Assembly (NCBI GenBank): GCA_002633005.1
Contig: NMRA01001040.1
Coordinates: forward strand, 1,419-65,418
DNA length: 64,000 nucleotides
Direction of reading: 5' to 3'
Source of the DNA: Phoronis australis
Lineage: Eukaryota; Animalia; Phoronida
Position numbers and translations under genes: made by a program. Below the pieces are notes generated by a model, which did not search any database, was not told where the DNA came from, and worked only from the letters and a program-made list of their open reading frames with translations. Shown here piece after piece: positions 62,701 through 64,000 of the stretch. Within the stretch, counting starts at the first letter, position 1. Every line of letters starts with the position of its first letter.

Positions 62701-62891
62701 ATGATAATCACCCTTCAAGTCTTAGTTGGCGTATGTAATAAAATCTGCGCTGCAGTGCTGCATTGTTCAAAACCTCCAAGTTTCTGGCCTTGCCTATGTA
62801 TCTATTACAACTTCTTTTCTCATGCCCTGCTCTCTTGTCATTTCCAGTTAGCTTGGAAGAGTTTCTTGCTATCATGACGGGAGATACCTAA
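56685..62891 (+). CDS. CETN3: Centrin-3, 167 aa; exons 56685-56701, 58242-58377, 59478-59592, 60312-60426, 61897-61973, 62848-62891
   Basis: [86 protein letters not shown]...[29 protein letters not shown]; four EF-hands with centrin-3-specific IDYHELKV and N-terminus. Confidence 0.96.
56952..57903. mobile_element. Complex direct/inverted repeat cluster, Penelope-like pLTR arrangement, CETN3 intron 1
   Basis: ~57063-57285 repeated directly at ~57550-57820; 57462-57545 inverts 57013-57110; 57866-57903 inverts 57283-57320; hammerhead-like CUGAGGA-UGCC...GGC-GAGA on minus strand at 56955-56992. Confidence 0.55.
59950..60116. repeat. ~55-bp tandem repeat x3
   Basis: ACCTGCTAATGATGTACCCCCCTCACACGCATGAGTCCCACCATCCCTTCCAACCT repeated with small variants. 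Confidence 0.88.
60554..60827. mobile_element. Palindromic fold-back element with hammerhead-like core in its arms
   Basis: ~105-bp imperfect inverted arms; right arm UCA-CUGAGGA-AGAUG...CAUC-GAAA-UAAUC-UGA. Confidence 0.55.
61705..61762. repeat. 11-bp tandem repeat x5 (CCAGGAGTAGT)
   Basis: Seen directly. Confidence 0.9.
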
Positions 62892-63375
62892 ATGTGTCAG
62901 CCACCGTGCAGTGTGGTCATCTATGGACATTACCCAGGTCACAGAGTCGTCAGATTGTTAGTGAAAAGAATAGACGTTAAAACATGATCTTGCAGTTCTC
63001 AACCGTTACTAGCATTTATGCGTTTAGCCCCTCACTGCGTCACACATATACATTCTGATACAACTTTGCTCCCATGAGTTGTGTTGTGTAAAAGCACATG
63101 TTCTACTGCTTCCTTTTTAAAAAATTAATTAAAATTAATCATGGCCACCTCCTGTTCTCCCAGGTGTGACCAAGAGTTAGAAGGATCACTTTTGTTCAGA
63201 TGCATTTCACATGTTTCTCAAGTGGCTAAGTGTTCCCAAATGCTTTCAGAACATATCCAAGAACTTGTATTTGTGGCTAGGGCATAAACTTGATCCATTG
63301 GCTGAGGTATCTTTGACTCATTCTCTCACTATGGGATGTCATGAGGTTAAATTGTCTTTCTTCAGTGAATGCCAC

Positions 63376-63627
63376 TAATTGCTAAGAAGGAATATGAACA
63401 TGCTTGTCAATCAGTGTAATTACTAAGAAGGAATATGAACATGCTTGTCAATCAGTGTAATTACTAAGAAGGAATATGAACATGCTTGTCAATCAATGTA
63501 ATTACTAAGAAGGAATATGAACATGCTTGTCAATCAGTGTAATTACTAAGAAGGAATATGAACATGCTTGTCAATCAGTGTAATTACTAAGAAGGAATAT
63601 GAACATGCTTGTCAATCAATGTAATTA
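63376..63627. repeat. 41-bp minisatellite x6 (TAATTACTAAGAAGGAATATGAACATGCTTGTCAATCAGTG)
   Basis: Near-exact tandem copies downstream of the CETN3 stop. Confidence 0.93.
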
Positions 63628-63954
63628 TATTCAGTGACATCTGCAGTGCAATTTTCTTTTACCCAGAATTACTTGTTAGGACTCGGGTGTTTGAAAAAAC
63701 ACTATTTGTTATACCAATTAATAATTCCAGTAAAATTTCCTTGTTCATGGGCCATAAAAAATAAGTCTTTATAGAAATTAGAAGTTGCGGTGGGAATTTC
63801 AAAACAGTTAGAATTTTAGTACTAGTATAATCATCATTCTATGGTCTATAAACAAGCAACTGATTATTCACTAAACTGTGTTCATGAAGGAATATCACTT
63901 TTTTATTGTTTGAACAGATTGAAAAGAAAAATCTGTTCACCAGCAACAATCGTT

Positions 63955-64000
63955 TACAGGATAGTCCCATTACAGGATAGTCCCATTACAGGATAGTCCC
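63955..64000. repeat. 16-bp tandem repeat (TTACAGGATAGTCCCA), runs off window end
   Basis: About three copies visible. Confidence 0.85.

Overview
AT-rich, intron-rich eukaryotic (metazoan, probably marine invertebrate; taxon is an inference) genomic DNA. Most ORF-track entries are spurious. Manual GT-AG splicing with consistent codon phases recovers five genes: (1) 3' end of NEMF (+); (2) a TMEM196-like four-TM protein (-) with a probable alternative last exon; (3) TSNAX/TRAX (+, 321 aa); (4) an unnamed 13-coding-exon, ~678-aa protein (-) with ARM-like repeats, a TIR domain that keeps the catalytic-position Glu, and a C-terminal SAM-like domain (SARM1-type parts in a different order); (5) centrin-3 (+, 167 aa), head-to-head with gene 4. 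Non-genic highlights: a minisatellite made from NEMF's own splice donor and interrupted by a 6-bp-TSD transposon; Penelope-like inserts with minimal-hammerhead-like cores; a decayed convergent THAP plus P2X7-ballast-like gene pair; an IS3EU-like MITE next to the TSNAX promoter; tRNA-derived SINE heads; L1/Tx1 debris; many minisatellites; and two duplications flanking single Ns that are probably assembly artefacts. All family assignments are from motif recognition, not database searches.
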